Notes: generated by a model from the letters alone, not told the origin. DNA of 64,000 bases from the human T2T-CHM13v2.0 reference genome, Homo sapiens (GCF_009914755.1 NC_060933.1); one strand, 5' to 3'. Shown: positions 1-13,524, counted from the first letter of the stretch. Program-made: numbers and translations.

Positions 1-1574
1 TGAATTGCATATAGTGAGCCAACAGATAGTGCCTCAGCAAATGCTGCCTATGACCCACAGTTTGAACTCGCTCAATCCAGTTGTGAATTTTCTGTATTGA
101 CCTCATTGTCCCAGACTTGGCTCTTCCCTCAAATACCAGTCCATTAGGCAGTCTTTTGGACTGTGTGCTTGGCTTTCAATCTTACTTTAATACCTGGGAC
201 CTACCTCTGAGATCACTTTGAATTCCACACATCAAATTGCAGATCATTCCCCCTGTCCCTCTTTGCCCAGCAAACATTACACTCTGAGCCCAGTGCATCG
301 TGGAGGAGATTGCAAGGCCTGCATCAACACAGAAGTGAACTTCTGGAGAACTGAAGAGCTCAAGCCTAGCTGGATGACTCATGGACATAAATTCCCCCTA
401 ACTCTGAACTATTGAGGTTGAGAAAAAAGATCTGATTAAAAGAGGAAGAGTTTATTTTCAGTTCTATTGAGATTGATGTGACCAGAGAACATGTTTAGAG
501 AGTTAGAAATATGACCTTGGTGTCCAGATAAGAAGCCTCTAGTTCATTCTCAGTTATGAAAATGGATTCTACTACTCATCCCTAAAATAAATTCACGTAT
601 ATATTCATACATACATATATGACTCAGGAATGGTCCCTGTTTCTTTTCTCCTCTCTGTCTCTCTCTCTGGGTAGGTAGATATATATTATCTTTAGTTCCA
701 TCTACATCTTCCTTAATATCTTTTTTTGTCTGTGTCCCTTTCATACATAACCAAATGAGTTTTAGCAAGAATATTTAGCAAAGAATATTGAGTGCTCAGT
801 TAATTCCGTCTGGCAATAATGATGAGTTGCTCCAAAACAATTTTATGTGGCTCAGAATTACTTTATTTGGTTTAAATAAATAGCCCACAACTTCCTGCCA
901 TGAGCTATGGTTGACATGTACAGTCCAGGCCCAGTCTCTAGAAGGCAGGATGAGGGGGAGCAGAGCTTCCTAAAAGGTTGTGGGAAGCTCGCAGATTATC
1001 TTTCAAGGTAGCTCAAGTTTTTCATCTCCAGGGGACTACATTTTAAAATAGCCAAAACCATAAAACATCCTTGGGCTTTCTTTATTGCCTTTGTTTCCAC
1101 TTATGGCTGTAAGTGTAAGTCATTAGAAAGATTCACTCCACCAAAGGACCATGGAGAGTTGACTAAAATGGAGCAAAATCATAGGGTGAACTGAAGGTTT
1201 TCTATTTGTACAAGTGTTGAATTAGTACATCTAAGAGGTCTGTGGAAGTGAGCAGATTTGATACACTCCTTTAATGGTTCCATCCAGGAAATCCTCCAAA
1301 CATGGGAACTGAAGATTTAGCTCATGTTTTCCTCATAAGGAGTTAGCCTCATGTCAGCTGAATGTAATATAATAAGAATAAAATATGATCACTAGCTGTG
1401 CTAGATTCAGCAATACCACCAAAGTTCTTCCTGTAATACTGACTGGTATGAACCACTGAGTCCCAAAACAAACCTTCTTATCCTCCTCTAAGTAAACATT
1501 CTCTCCAGGCCGAGCATCTTCAGCAGCAGTGGTTCAGAGCTCAGCTTCTGTAATGAAACCACTTTTATACTGCC

Positions 1575-2385
1575 TGTATTCAGAACCACTCTGCCCCTCA
1601 TTAGCTGTTTGACGTTGGGCAGGTAGTTTAATCTCAAAGTCTCGATTTCTTCTTCTGTAAAATTATGTGTAGGATTTCTTCTATTTCCCCCTCCAGATTC
1701 ATTAACCAGCCTTGTCGTCCTCTTATCAACTCCAAAAGGCAAACAATTACAGATAGAATGGCCACTTAACTTATTCAAAATGGATGCTTAGGTGTAAAAG
1801 AAGGAGACTGCTAGTATTTATGCCAGAAAAAGGGTACAAATTGGTACTGTTCCAGGCAGACCTGGATATATAGTTAACTACTAAATAGGCTAAGTCAGTG
1901 GCCTCATTTGCCCCCTGGCTTTTGAATAGCTGGCAGAAGATTGAAGAGGGAAAACATGATGCCACGGTATTGACTGCCCTGATTTCTTCTTTGCAGTATT
2001 GCCAAGGCTGACTATGCCCATCAACCTGGGTCAAAGAACTGCAGGTGGTTTCACCATGTACTTTATCCAGGTTCCGATAACTGTTTCCTTTCCTCCTGCT
2101 TTCAGGCCTCGGGTGCTACCCCAGTTACCACTACACCTCGCATTAGCAGCCCCAGGGTACTGCACTATCACTTGTGGTTTCCCTACACCATGGCCACAGC
2201 TTGGTGAATAGTTCCTTTATTAAACCCTCTCCAGATTATCTCTATTTGAGTGTACTCTTTGTTTATTGACAGGATTCTGATAGATACAAATCCAGCAGGA
2301 TTGTACCTACCTTCCAGAGTTCTGCATTGAGGTAATCTGTGGAACCCGCATAATGGCAAGTAATCATTAAAAAGTAGTAATTACA
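1575..2385 (+). mobile_element. MIR SINE split by an LTR insertion (pieces ~1575-1665 and ~2289-2385)
   Basis: MIR core-like 'attagctgtttgacgttgggcaggtagtttaatctc...ctgtaaaat' before the LTR; MIR-like 'gtacctaccttccagag' continuation after it. Confidence 0.55.
1666..2288 (+). mobile_element. ERVL solo LTR, LTR33-like
   Basis: Starts 'tgtgtaggatttcttctatttccccctccagattca'; 3' part 'gccccagggtactgcactatcacttgtggtttccctacacc...tttattaaaccctctcc...gataca' matches recalled LTR33 ends; TG...CA termini. Confidence 0.65.
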
Positions 2386-2395
2386 GATTATAAAT

Positions 2396-2612
2396 TGCAC
2401 TTTGTAAAGGAGTTTTGGATACTCCATCCCATTTGGTCTTCAGAACATGTATGACAAGGGAGTAACATCATTGTTCCACTTAATAGTTGAGGAAATTAAA
2501 GCTAATTGAGTTAAACGACTTTTCCAAGTTTATAGAACCAAGTAACAATTTGAGATTTGAACCCAGTCCTCTTGAGTCCAAAGCCATGTTCTTCTCTTAC
2601 TGAGCCACATTG
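2396..2612 (-). mobile_element. MIR SINE
   Basis: 'gttgaggaaattaaagct...gagttaaacgacttttccaag...gatttgaacccagtc' is the reverse MIR core. Confidence 0.7.
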
Positions 2613-3689
2613 TATTAAGATTTCTAACCAGTCTCATTGGACTTTCCCCCAAACTTCTCAGACATAATTGTGAAGCATCACCATCAGTCACCAGTCATAT
2701 GGAGTTGCTGTTTATTTTTAACATTGAAAAAAATTACAACTTGTTGGGATACTGAAAAGGCAAGATGTAGAGCTAAGGGGAAGAAGAACTATTGTGTAGT
2801 AACTCCAAAATGGCCCCTGCTCTCACTAGCTTTTTCCCATAAGTTTAGGTAATGGTTACATTTATGCTGTGTCTCTGAGCAATCAACTTTACAGCCCTCA
2901 AATGCCTGCCAAATATTTCTGGAAATCCTTAAAGGGGCACCTAAGCTAGTCCATTATCCAGAGTCATTAAAGACCCCTGCCCAGTTTCTTCTCCATTGCT
3001 CTCACTCTCTCTCCTTGATACTGCTGTCTTCAAAGTAGCTTAGAGAAGCCTTATTACAGTCTCTGCTGCTGGTGCTATGATAAACAGGCAAAAGTTTCTG
3101 CCAAGGTCACTGTATTCAACTATTCGTAATACTTTCAATCTTTTCAGAACAGAGAGAAGGACTTCCTCCTTTTTCTAAAACACACTATCCTGCGGGACTT
3201 GAGGCAATAATATTTGTGCCAACATTTTACAAGCTCTCAAGAATTCTTCCATCAGTGTCTGGTGCCCATCCCTCAAGCCACAAGGACATACACTCTGTCC
3301 AAGGGGCTGGATAAGAAGTAAACTCTATTCTTTCCTCTTCCCCAGCCCCCACTCTCAGTCAGCCATTTCTTACTCCCAGCAGCTGCCTCTCACTTACAAA
3401 GTGAAACATTGAAAACCCCATTCATAACACATGATGGATTCAGACCAAGGGCAGGTGGAGCACACTAGCAACCCCTGCATCCCAACTCAGTAAACCCCAA
3501 ATGCCCTGATATAGTGGATGGTATTTCAGGTTTATTGTTTCAGAGCATGCAAAAAGCATCAACTCCTGAAACAGAAGATCTCTCCAAGCAGGCCTTGTTA
3601 GCAGAAAAAAATGTCCCAATTACTGTAAGAACGATCTGAGGGTCAACTTGACCATCTTTCTGCAAAGACCAAGTGGCATTTATGAACTA

Positions 3690-3860
3690 AGAAAGTAGGA
3701 ATTTAGAAACTCTGTATTCCCACCACACTTTTGCTGTTTATTGACTTGAAGTTTGCCTTTGAGCAAGTTACTTAACCTCACTATGCCTTTGGTTCCTCAT
3801 CTGGAATCAAAGAAGAAATAAAAATACTTTCCTCATGGGGGAGTTGTGTGAATTAACTAA
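3690..3860 (+). mobile_element. MIR SINE
   Basis: 'ctttgagcaagttacttaacctcactatgcctttggttcctcatctg' MIR core. Confidence 0.7.
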
Positions 3861-5619
3861 TGATGGAGAATTTCCATATAAATGCTAAGTAGCCTTATTA
3901 TTCTTGTAGCAGGAGACTACTGATGTGTGCTCAGAGGTGCTGTGTGTGTCCTTTGTTACTCAGTCCTCTCTGAGTGCCTCTATCTATTGGTGACCTCACC
4001 TAGAAGTCCTGGCTCTCAGACTACCAGGACAGCGTTCAGTTCTTTGCAGCCTCAGGAGCAATGTTGTTGTAAACCTCAGGCCTTTGTTAACCCTTCCCAA
4101 CTTATCCACTGTCAGAAAGCCAAGTGTCAGCTACACATCTGGCAAGGACTGCCACTAGAGAACAGCCCACTGGAACACCATTAACATTTGCATCCATTCC
4201 TAGACATCATTAGTCCTCTGAGATATTGTCGAGGAAATACGCTGGTTTGTTATTTTTCTCCAAATATATGATATGTGATTGACATGTATATGGTACATAC
4301 ACACAGATTACCCACATCTGACAATACCTGTTTGTGCATGCTGGGACCTTAGAAGTCATAGAAACAGTTGCATACACCAATGAAGAAAGCCACAGAGTTG
4401 TTAATCCAAAAGACCCAAAACTCCTAACACCATTAATATTGAGATATTGGTTGCAGTACACAATTATTTAAGTGGAGTTATGTTTAGCATAGACTACTGT
4501 TAAAATGCATTTGCCTTCTCTGAGCATATATAAGCTGTCAGGTGGCCAGCTTTCCCATGTTTGTGCCTGTGTTCAGTCTACTCCTTTTGCTTCACATACT
4601 GTACTCACTGCTTCCTCCACTCCCATCTTATTCTTTCTTAGAGATCTAGCTTCAAGTCCCATATCTTCTACAAGTCTATCTGACTCTCACAGACTTTGAT
4701 ATTTCCCCAATCAACATTTATTTAACACTACTTACCACTCATTTTGTTTCTAATATTTTCTACCTTACATTGCTATCTGCCATTTACAAATGTATCCCAG
4801 ATGTTAGGAAGGATCTCTTGGTAGTTTTAGATATAAGTAGCATTAATTTAAAACCTAACCATTTAAACACCTAGTGAAAATTCAAAGCCCTCCCAGAAAG
4901 TTCCTCAAAGTTCTCTAGGGGCTTACATTTAATATGGTCACCTCTGACTATAGGCTTATACCCCTTTTGAAATGTTTCAGGTTGTAGATCATCTTACTGC
5001 CCGAGAGTGATATACCTGTTTTGGATACACCTAAATATAAAACTCACCCCTTCTCCATTCCCAGAGCCCCCCTCCCTCATGGGAAGCATTCACAATACAG
5101 CAGCCATTGCTGAAGAATTGAGGATACCATAGAGGGCTTCTGCTTCACAGCCACACAAACAACTTCAAATTGAGTATGGATGATCCTTGTTCCATCGCTT
5201 CTCTCACCTACAGGGTCTTTTTATTGGTTATATCATGCCTCAGCCTTATATCATTTGTTTGGTATCTTTGGTCTCCTGTCACTCTTTCTCCCATTCTTTT
5301 CAAAAAACAGAACAAACTTTCTCTTATTTTCTCATGCAGAGTACCTAAGCCATTTCTTTTGTCATTTGGCTCATAGATATTTATGCCACCAGAGTCTCAC
5401 CTTACATCCCAAAGTATCAAGATTCTTTCCCCAAAAGATGGTTTCTTCTCAAGGGTAATTTCATATCAGCTGTTGAGATGGCATTCTTCCACCACTGCAT
5501 GTGTGCTGTCCCTATACAATTATATTTTCAGCTTTTCGAAGCTGGATCACTTCTCATTCTTATATTCTTAATGCTCAGTACAATTTAGGGTCTATTAAGG
5601 CTGACTAATGATGGTGATG

Positions 5620-5712
5620 ACTACTGTATGCAAAGCCCTATGCTTGGCACTGTGGGGAGCACAGAAGTCAATGTGGTATGGATTCTCACCTCAGGAAGTT
5701 CATGGTCTAATA
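5620..5712 (-). mobile_element. L2 3' fragment
   Basis: 'tactgtatgcaaagccctatgcttggcactgtgggg...ctcacctcaggaagttcatggtcta' resembles reverse L2 3' end. Confidence 0.5.
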
Positions 5713-6019
5713 TAAGAGTTGAGAATTTAGGCATGATGATGATGATGATACTGATGGCAACTAACATTAGGGTAGAGGAGATGGGATATGAACCACGTGC
5801 TGTTAAGTTGTGAGGAATCAAAAGTTGTCTTGGCTAAATCGTCCATTACATGAATATTTATACATTGATAATTAGGAGAAAATTATACTTGGTCGTAGAT
5901 ATATATGAATTGTCTTGAACGTTGAAGATTTCACATAATGAACAAATGCTAAGCAATTGATTATTTTCTTCTTTAAAGTTTATCATAGAGTTTGATTAAT
6001 AGGCACAAATAAACAGACA

Positions 6020-6247
6020 AAGAAAAAGACCTAGTGTTCTATAGATCAGTGGTGTAGCTATAGTTGACAGTAATTTAGTGTACATTTCAAAATAGCTAGA
6101 AGAGAATAATTCGAATGCTCCTAGCATAAAGAAAAGATAATTATTTAAAGTGATGGATATGCCAATTACCCTCATTTGATTTTTAGATATGAATGTATCA
6201 AAATATCACATGTACTGTAAAAATTTGTACATCTATTTTGTATCAAC
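6020..6247 (+). mobile_element. L1MA-type 3' UTR fragment
   Basis: 'tacatttcaaaatagctagaagagaataattcgaatg...gtgatggatatgccaattaccctcatttgat' is typical L1MA 3' UTR. Confidence 0.75.
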
Positions 6248-7149
6248 TGAATACCCAAGAAATTACATTTATGTCAATATTTTTATATTGACTTAATTAA
6301 CATTTTTTAAATATTTGAAATTCAGAAAGACACCTAAAGAGTAATATGACCAACTCCTAAGTATCACTCTACTTAATAAATAAAACATTAATGACACATT
6401 TGAAGGGTCTTGGTGCCTTTCCCTCATCCTATTATCCTTCCTCCCTATCAGAGATAACTGATCTATAATACTTTAATTTTCTATTTGCACTTTCCCAGAT
6501 CATACTCTGATAAAAACTTCTTCCACAGTCCTACTTCAAGACAGACATGTGATTACAAATTTTCAGAGCCTTTATTTAACTTCCATTACCCAGGACAAGA
6601 TGAGATCCTAGTTGTCTTTCTTTTCCATTGGGCAGATTTTTTACTAGTCCACCTTTTAACTGAGGATGTAACCCTTCATGGGTTCTGGCTTTCCAATGAG
6701 TTATCAGTTCCAACTCCCGCCATATGTGGGCTGAAAGCCTGCCTTATCTCCTAGAATAGATGAGGCCATGAAAACATAAACTCCACAGTTACTCACCCTC
6801 CCCAACCTCAGCTCCCTTTCTCCCTACACAGGTAGACAGAAGCTTCTCTGTAGTTTATATTTCTGATTTCCAGTTTCCTTTCAACTTCTGGTCTCTGGAA
6901 GTTTCCTTTCTTAATTATAAATTTAAAAGTATGTATTCTATTTTTATTCAGAGTTTTTAGTCTTTCTTATTGTCAGAAATGTAAGTGTCCCTGTCGATAT
7001 TTCCAGTTCAATGGTCCACCCTATGATTCCCAAGACAAACAAGCTTGTTTGGTACTCTGGCCCTATCATTCACCAAGCTGCAGCCGTTTGCCTTCTACAC
7101 ATTTCTCAGTTGTACCCAGCACTTTGCTGTTCTATCTGGGACACTAGTT

Positions 7150-7470
7150 CCCAAATACTTCCTTCTTATCATAGTTTAGGTCTCAGCTCAAATGTTTTCT
7201 CATTAGAGAGGCCCTTGCTGATCACTCTATCCAAAGTGATCTATCAGTGAGTTATCCCTAGTTGCTTCCTATTGCATCAGCTTATTTTATTGTTTTTGCA
7301 ATACATTATTTGAAATTATCTTCCCAATTTTTCTGATTACTTGTTGAATATTATTTCCACCTTTCATAGTAAGGGGTCTTTGAGACCAGGAACCTTGATG
7401 ATCTGATTTACTATGGTATTATATATGCCTGGAACAGTAATCAGCACAGAGCTGTCTTTCAAGACATAGT
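7150..7470 (+). mobile_element. L2 (L2a-like) 3' end
   Basis: 'aggtctcagctcaaatgttttctcattagagaggcccttgctgatcactctatccaaagt...gcctggaacagtaatcagcacagag'. Confidence 0.7.
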
Positions 7471-8071
7471 TATTATCTTTGATATACTAATTTCAATATA
7501 GGTAAGACACAAAAAACTAGCCATGAATGATTTTATATCTATTTCTGTGTTTCTTAACATCTTTCTAGAAGATGGAATTTTGGAATAATTATAAATTGAC
7601 AAGTAACCAGCACCATAGCAAACAAATACAATCCAACTGAATAAATGAGTAGAATCGTCAGCTTAAGCAGGTTAAAAGGACTGCTACCTTATACTATTCC
7701 ACAGTGGTTAATCTGCCTGATTCAGTCTTTCTCAAGAAATTAATTTGGAACAATTCTAGATCATCAAGTCCTGATAACCGCAAAGCAGAAAAGTTTGGAA
7801 CGTTCCCAGAAAGTGAAGCTCTAAAGGGCAATGAAGTAAAAAAACTGATGAATGAGGAAGAAAACATTTCAGATTAGTTCTTGTCTAGGAGTCAAACAGG
7901 AAAGAGAATAAAAAGGATGTTAAGGGCATAAGAAAGGGTTGAGAATCTTTGAACTGCATTCAACTGCATTTTTGAGTACCTATAATATGTGCCAGCGTTG
8001 GGAATATCAACATGATCAAGACGTGCAGATGCATCTATTTCATCCACTATCCTATCCTTGAACTCATTTAG

Positions 8072-8252
8072 CCAAGTAGTTTTCAAATTTGATTGCACAT
8101 TAGAATTACCTGGGGACTTATTTCCTCTCTTCATGCCCAGACTGAACACCAGACCAACTAAATCAGAGTCAGAATTGGGTGGGACCCATAATTAATTTTT
8201 TTTAATATTTGCCTGGATGATTTCACAGTACGGCCAAAGCAAAGAGTACCAC
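8072..8252. mobile_element. MER5A (hAT-Charlie non-autonomous DNA transposon)
   Basis: 'agtagttttcaaatttgattgcacattagaattacctgggga...ccagaccaactaaatcagagtc...gatgattt...gagtaccac', ~180 bp. Confidence 0.7.
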
Positions 8253-9541
8253 ATTTTCACCATCTCATTCTCTGAGCTGGAATATTCTCTCACTTTAAGC
8301 TCCATTAAGTAAAAAGCTGTACCTATTTATGTGTGCATTTTTATCCCCATTGTATCCCCAGACTTTAGCACAGAGCCTGAGAACTGGTATGCACTAAACT
8401 ATTATTGACTGAATGGATGAAAATCTTTAATGCACTTGAAAAGCAGTACATGGAATCTTGGGGAGTACTAATCAATACAAATTATTTCCTTATCATTAGA
8501 GAAGGATTTTTTTTTTTCACTTCTGATTTCTGTGTAGCTTTCCTAAATACATACCTCGACTCTTACTGCCCCATATACTCACTCATATATGAGGAGGCAG
8601 ATGGCTTCTCTGATCGATACACTTGGATGCATAAAGGGGCATGATTGGCTCAGCCCTCAATTTCTTCTCTTAGAAGTGAGAGCAGGTGACACATGAGGAT
8701 ATGCATCCCTCCTTCCTCTGGGAGTGCTGCTTCTGGGAGAAGGAAGCTGCCTGGGATGGGAAATCTGTCCAGTTCTGAGGGTGGCTTTCCTACTACCAGT
8801 GTACTTCCAGTCTAACTCCATCATTAGAAAGGATATGCTTTGATCTTTACCTTCCACTCTTTTGTTGTTCTTCCCCAAAACTTCAGAACTCAAGTGAGAA
8901 AGAGGATGCGATTTATTAGGGTGCTGTCAGATTCCCAAATACTTAAAACTAAATATGCCACATAAGACATTATCTCTTGTGGTATTTGTGTTACATTTGT
9001 GGCATAAAAGAAGAAAACTCCCACCTGGGAACATTGGAATATTTAATAATGGCTGTCAGGCTCTAACACTTGAGGGTGTTTTTTTCCTTTATAAAGATAT
9101 ATTATTCCAGATTTTTAAATTACATGTCTTGGAGTGCCTCTCAACATCTGTTCTCCACATAAGACATTTCACTCTATGTGTAATTTTCTTAAACTATGCT
9201 GCCCAGCAATGAACCCCATGGCCTCCTTTAATATACAAAATGAGAAAGATATATTAACTGGGAAAACTAAGTGTGCACATCTCCACATTTTGTGTCTTTA
9301 TGTTTACATTATTATTTATTTTTTCTAAATAAAATGGAAAGGATCAATATATTGTTCCATATATAGCTGATGATTCAAAAGTGGCTTCTCCATTATAAAT
9401 TGGGGATTTATGAAGCATTCAATGGAACTTGAAAAAACAAAGACATAAAAAATTTTATGACCAACATTCGCTAAAAACAAATTGAAATCAAAAATATGTT
9501 TGCAGGCTCTTGGTGCTTTTTAAAGTAGATAATGACAGAAG

Positions 9542-9588
9542 GATAGATAGATAGATAGATACATAGATAGACAGATAGATAGATAGAT
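9542..9588 (+). repeat. (GATA)n microsatellite, imperfect
   Basis: Direct reading: gatagatagatagatagatacatagatagacagatagatagatagat. Confidence 0.95.
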
Positions 9589-11044
9589 TTGGCTATATTA
9601 TCTCCAATGTTATAAATGCATATCCTTCTATAAAAATTAAATGCACCTGATTAGACCTTTAAGCAAGTCCAACTATATGAGATCAGTGCATAGAAGCAAA
9701 AGAATAAAAAAAAATTCTCTGCTTAGGAAGAATGCAAAAAATTCCTAAAACAGGCAAATGCTTATGCCCTGCAGCAAAGGATCATGTAAGCAGGATGAGC
9801 TTGACTGTGTATTTCCTTCTTGAGCACTTATCACTGTGAGCCCACAGTTTTGACAGCAGTGCTTGATTAAAATGAAAAAGATCATCAGAGACAAAAATAA
9901 GAAGCTGATGCTATACTATTTATTTCATGAGTCGTAGGGAGGGGCTCAATTAGGAAATATGGTGAAGTTGCCATTAAATGCTGGTGCAAACTAAATATTT
10001 CTATTCATGGGTATCCCCCTCTATACCTAAAGGTAGCTGAGACTTAGTAAAAAGAATTAGCTTGCTGAAATGCACAGCAGTTTCCCAATATTGGAATTCA
10101 ACATAGCCCAACAGAGTGACGAATTGTAGGCCGGAGAGAAGCATTGCTGAGTCCAGCCATGAAATTTTACATAGAAAAGGAATTCAAATCTTAAATGACA
10201 GTAAACCAGAAAGATAGAAGACTGATTCAGGAGCCTCTGCAAATGCTATAGTTGTTAAAGTACATGAGGACCTAAAGGCATTCCCTTCTATAAATGTAGA
10301 CATCAGGCTGGTAATCCATTCAGCAGGAAAACAAGCTAACAAGCCGTTTATGCCACCAGAATTGTGTTTTCTAAACTTAAAATGAAGGAGCTGAGATTGT
10401 AGTGGTGGCTCACATTAAAAGATTCAGAATCTGCTTCCATAAACATCTTTGAGTGTTATGCACCAGGACCTATGTAAGTCATTTGATATCTATTACCTTA
10501 CTTTATACAATTAGAAGTAATTTTTAAAATATCTGCAAGGAAGATGGTTCTTCCTAATGATCCAGTCAGGATGGAGAACACACATGTCATAGTAAACACT
10601 AATATGAATAAAAGATTAGATGCAAAAATGAAGATGGACTTCACATTAATCAAATGTGTGGTGAAAAATACTATGGAATAATGACATTATTTTGGCCTAT
10701 TTAAAGTAAAAATGAAAGTCATGAGCTAAATTCCTTTTTCTCCTGCTTCTGCATTCTCTTTCTTTTCCCACTTCCTCCTTGCTAATCATTCCAGCCTCTA
10801 CCAAGGGCTATTTCTCCATGGAAAGAACTTTGAGGGATAAATGTCAGCATCCTATAACAGATTAGGTTTTGAGATGGGAAATACGTCATAGATGAGGAGC
10901 CAATTCACTCCCTATAGGAATGAGTAAATCTAGCAAGGACTCACGAAGAAGCAAGGAGAAAACACAAGAGCAGGAGAAAACAAGTTTCTTGTTTGCTTTG
11001 TTCTCTTCTACATTGTTGTTTGCCTTTCTCACTGTCTTTCTCCT

Positions 11045-12421
11045 TTTATTTTAATTTTTTCAGCATTATTAAGGTATAATTGACAAAAATTATATACATT
11101 TATGGTATACACCATGATGCTTGACATATGCATACAATGAGAAGTGATTTAAACAAGCTAATTAATGTATCCACATCAAATGCATATCATTTTTGTGGTG
11201 AGAATATTTAAAGTCGATTTTCTTAGCACTTTTTGAGTATACAATACATTATTATTCACTATAGTTACCATGCTGTACAATAAATCTCTAGAACTTACTC
11301 ATCCTAAGTAAAACTGAATCCTTTGACCAACATCTTCCTATTCCCAGCCCCACCCCTACCCTCACCCCTAGCAACCATCTTTTACTCTCTACTTGTACAA
11401 GTTCAATGTTTTAAGATTCCTCATATAAGTAAGATCATGCAGTACTTGCCTTTCAGTGCCTGGCTTATTTCACTAAGCGTAATGTCCTCCAAGTTCATCC
11501 ACGTTGTTGCAAATGACAGCATTTCCTTCTTGTTTAAGGCTGAATAGCATTCCATTGCACATATATACCACATTTTCTTTATTCATTCATCCATCAATGG
11601 ACTTAGGTTAGTGTCCATTGATGGATGAATGAAGAAAATGTGGAATATATGTACAATGAAATGCATATCTTGGCTAGTTTGAATAATGCTGCAATGATAC
11701 TAATTTCATCTCCTTTGAATGTATACCTAGTAATGGGATTGCTAGATCATATGATAATCCTATGTTTAATTTTTTGTGGAACCTCTATGCTGTTTTCCAT
11801 AATGGCTGTTTTCCCATTCCCACCAGCAGTGTACAGGGCTTTCCTTTCTCCACATCCTCACCAACACTTGTTATATCTCTTGCCTTTTTGATAACAGTCA
11901 TTCTAACAGGTGTGAGATGATATCTCTTTGTGGCTGTAATTTGAATTTCCCTAATGATTAGTGATGATGAGCATAGTTTTATATACTCGTAGGCCATTTG
12001 TATATCTTCTTTTGAGAAATATTTATTCAGGTTCTGTGCCTATTTTTTGATCAGCTGTTTTCTTGATAACAAGTTGGTTGAGTTCCTATATATTTTGGAG
12101 CTTAATACCTTATCAGACATATGGCTTGCAAATATTTTATCCCATTCCATGGGTTGTCTCTTTATTTTTATTGTTTGTGTCCTTGGCTCTGTAGAATTTT
12201 GTTAGTTTGATGTTATTCTACTTACCTATTTTTGCTTTTGTTGTCTCTGCTTTTGGGATCATATCTGAAAAATTATTGCCCAGACAAATGTCAATAATTC
12301 TTTTCTATGTTTTCATCTAGAAGTTTACAACTTCATTTCCTACATTTAAGTCTTTGATCAATTTTGAGTTTATTTTTTGCATATGTTTTGAAATAAGGGT
12401 CCCATTGTGTTCTTCTGTGTA
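11045..12421 (-). mobile_element. L1MA-type (L1MA8-10-like) 3' UTR plus ORF2 end
   Basis: Reverse L1MA 3' end 'cagcattattaaggtataattgacaaaaattatatacattt'; minus ORF 11785..11997 resembles ORF2 C-terminus (IIREIQI...RYHLTPVRM). Confidence 0.8.
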
Positions 12422-13049
12422 GATTCCACATCTTTGCTATTGTGAATAGTGCTATGATGAACACAGTGTGCATGCGTCTTTTTGGTGGAATTGTTTATTT
12501 TCTTTTGGGCATATACCCAAAGATATATGGTATATATATTTGGGATTGCTAGGTCAAATGATCATTCTCTTTTAAGTTCTTTTGGAAATCTCCAAACTGC
12601 TTCCCACAGTGGCTGAACTAATTTCATTCCCACCAGCAGTATACGTGTTCCCTTTTCTATGCAACCTCTGGCATCTCTTGTTTTTTGTCTTTTTAATAAC
12701 AGCCATTCTGACTGGTATGAGATGGTATCTCATTGTGGTTTTGATTTGCGTTTCTCTAATAAGTGATGATGAACATTGTTTCAGATGCTTGTGGGCCGCA
12801 TGTATGCTTTCTTTTAAGAAGTCTCTGTTCATGTCCTTTGCCAGTTTTTAATGGGGTTATTTGCTTTTTGCTTCCTGATTTAAGTTCCTTATAGATTCCA
12901 GATATTAGAACTTTGTTACATGCATAGTTTGCAAATATTTTCCCCTATTCTGTAGGTTGTCTGGTTTATCTGTTGATAGTTTTACTTTGCTGTGCGGAAG
13001 CTCTTTAATTTAATCAGTTCCCACCTGTCGTTTTTGTTTTTGTTGCAAT
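12422..13049 (-). mobile_element. Internal fragment of a younger L1 (L1PA15/16-like), no 3' end or poly(A)
   Basis: ORF 12572..12832 (-) '[28 protein letters not shown]' repeats the ORF2 region already present at 11785-11997; 'ctccaaactgcttcccacagtggctgaactaattt' is L1PA15/16 type. Confidence 0.7.
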
Positions 13050-13500
13050 CTAGGTTTTCCAGTTTGTTGGTGGATAATTGTTCATAGTTTCTTTTGATTC
13101 CTTGCATTTCTGTAACATCAGTTGTAACCTTTCCTCTTTCTGATTTCTTTTTATCTCTTTCTTCTTAGTTTAGTTAAAGCTTTGTTGATTTTGTTATTTG
13201 GTCAAAAAACACAACTTTTTGTTTTATTTATCTTTTATATTGTTTTTCTATTCTCTCTTTTTTTTCTATTCTCTATTTTAGTTATTTCTGATCTGATCTT
13301 TGTAATTTCCTTTCTTCTACTAAATTTGGGCTTAATTTGTCTTTATTTTTTTTTGTCTCTTAGGGTATAATAACAGGCTCTTTATTTGAGATCATGCTCT
13401 TTTTAAAATGTGGGCATTCTCTATAAATTTCCCTCTTATAACTGCTTATGCTGCTTGTTAGATAGTTTTGATGTGTTGTTTCATTTTTGTTTATCTAAAG
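13050..13500 (-). mobile_element. Old L1M ORF2 fragment (probably continuation of the 11045 element after a deletion)
   Basis: T-rich reverse ORF2 sequence 'tctgatctgatctttgtaatttcctttcttctactaaatttgggcttaatttg...tataaatttccctctt'. Confidence 0.65.
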
Positions 13501-13524
13501 TTTAATCTATTAAAACATTTATAT

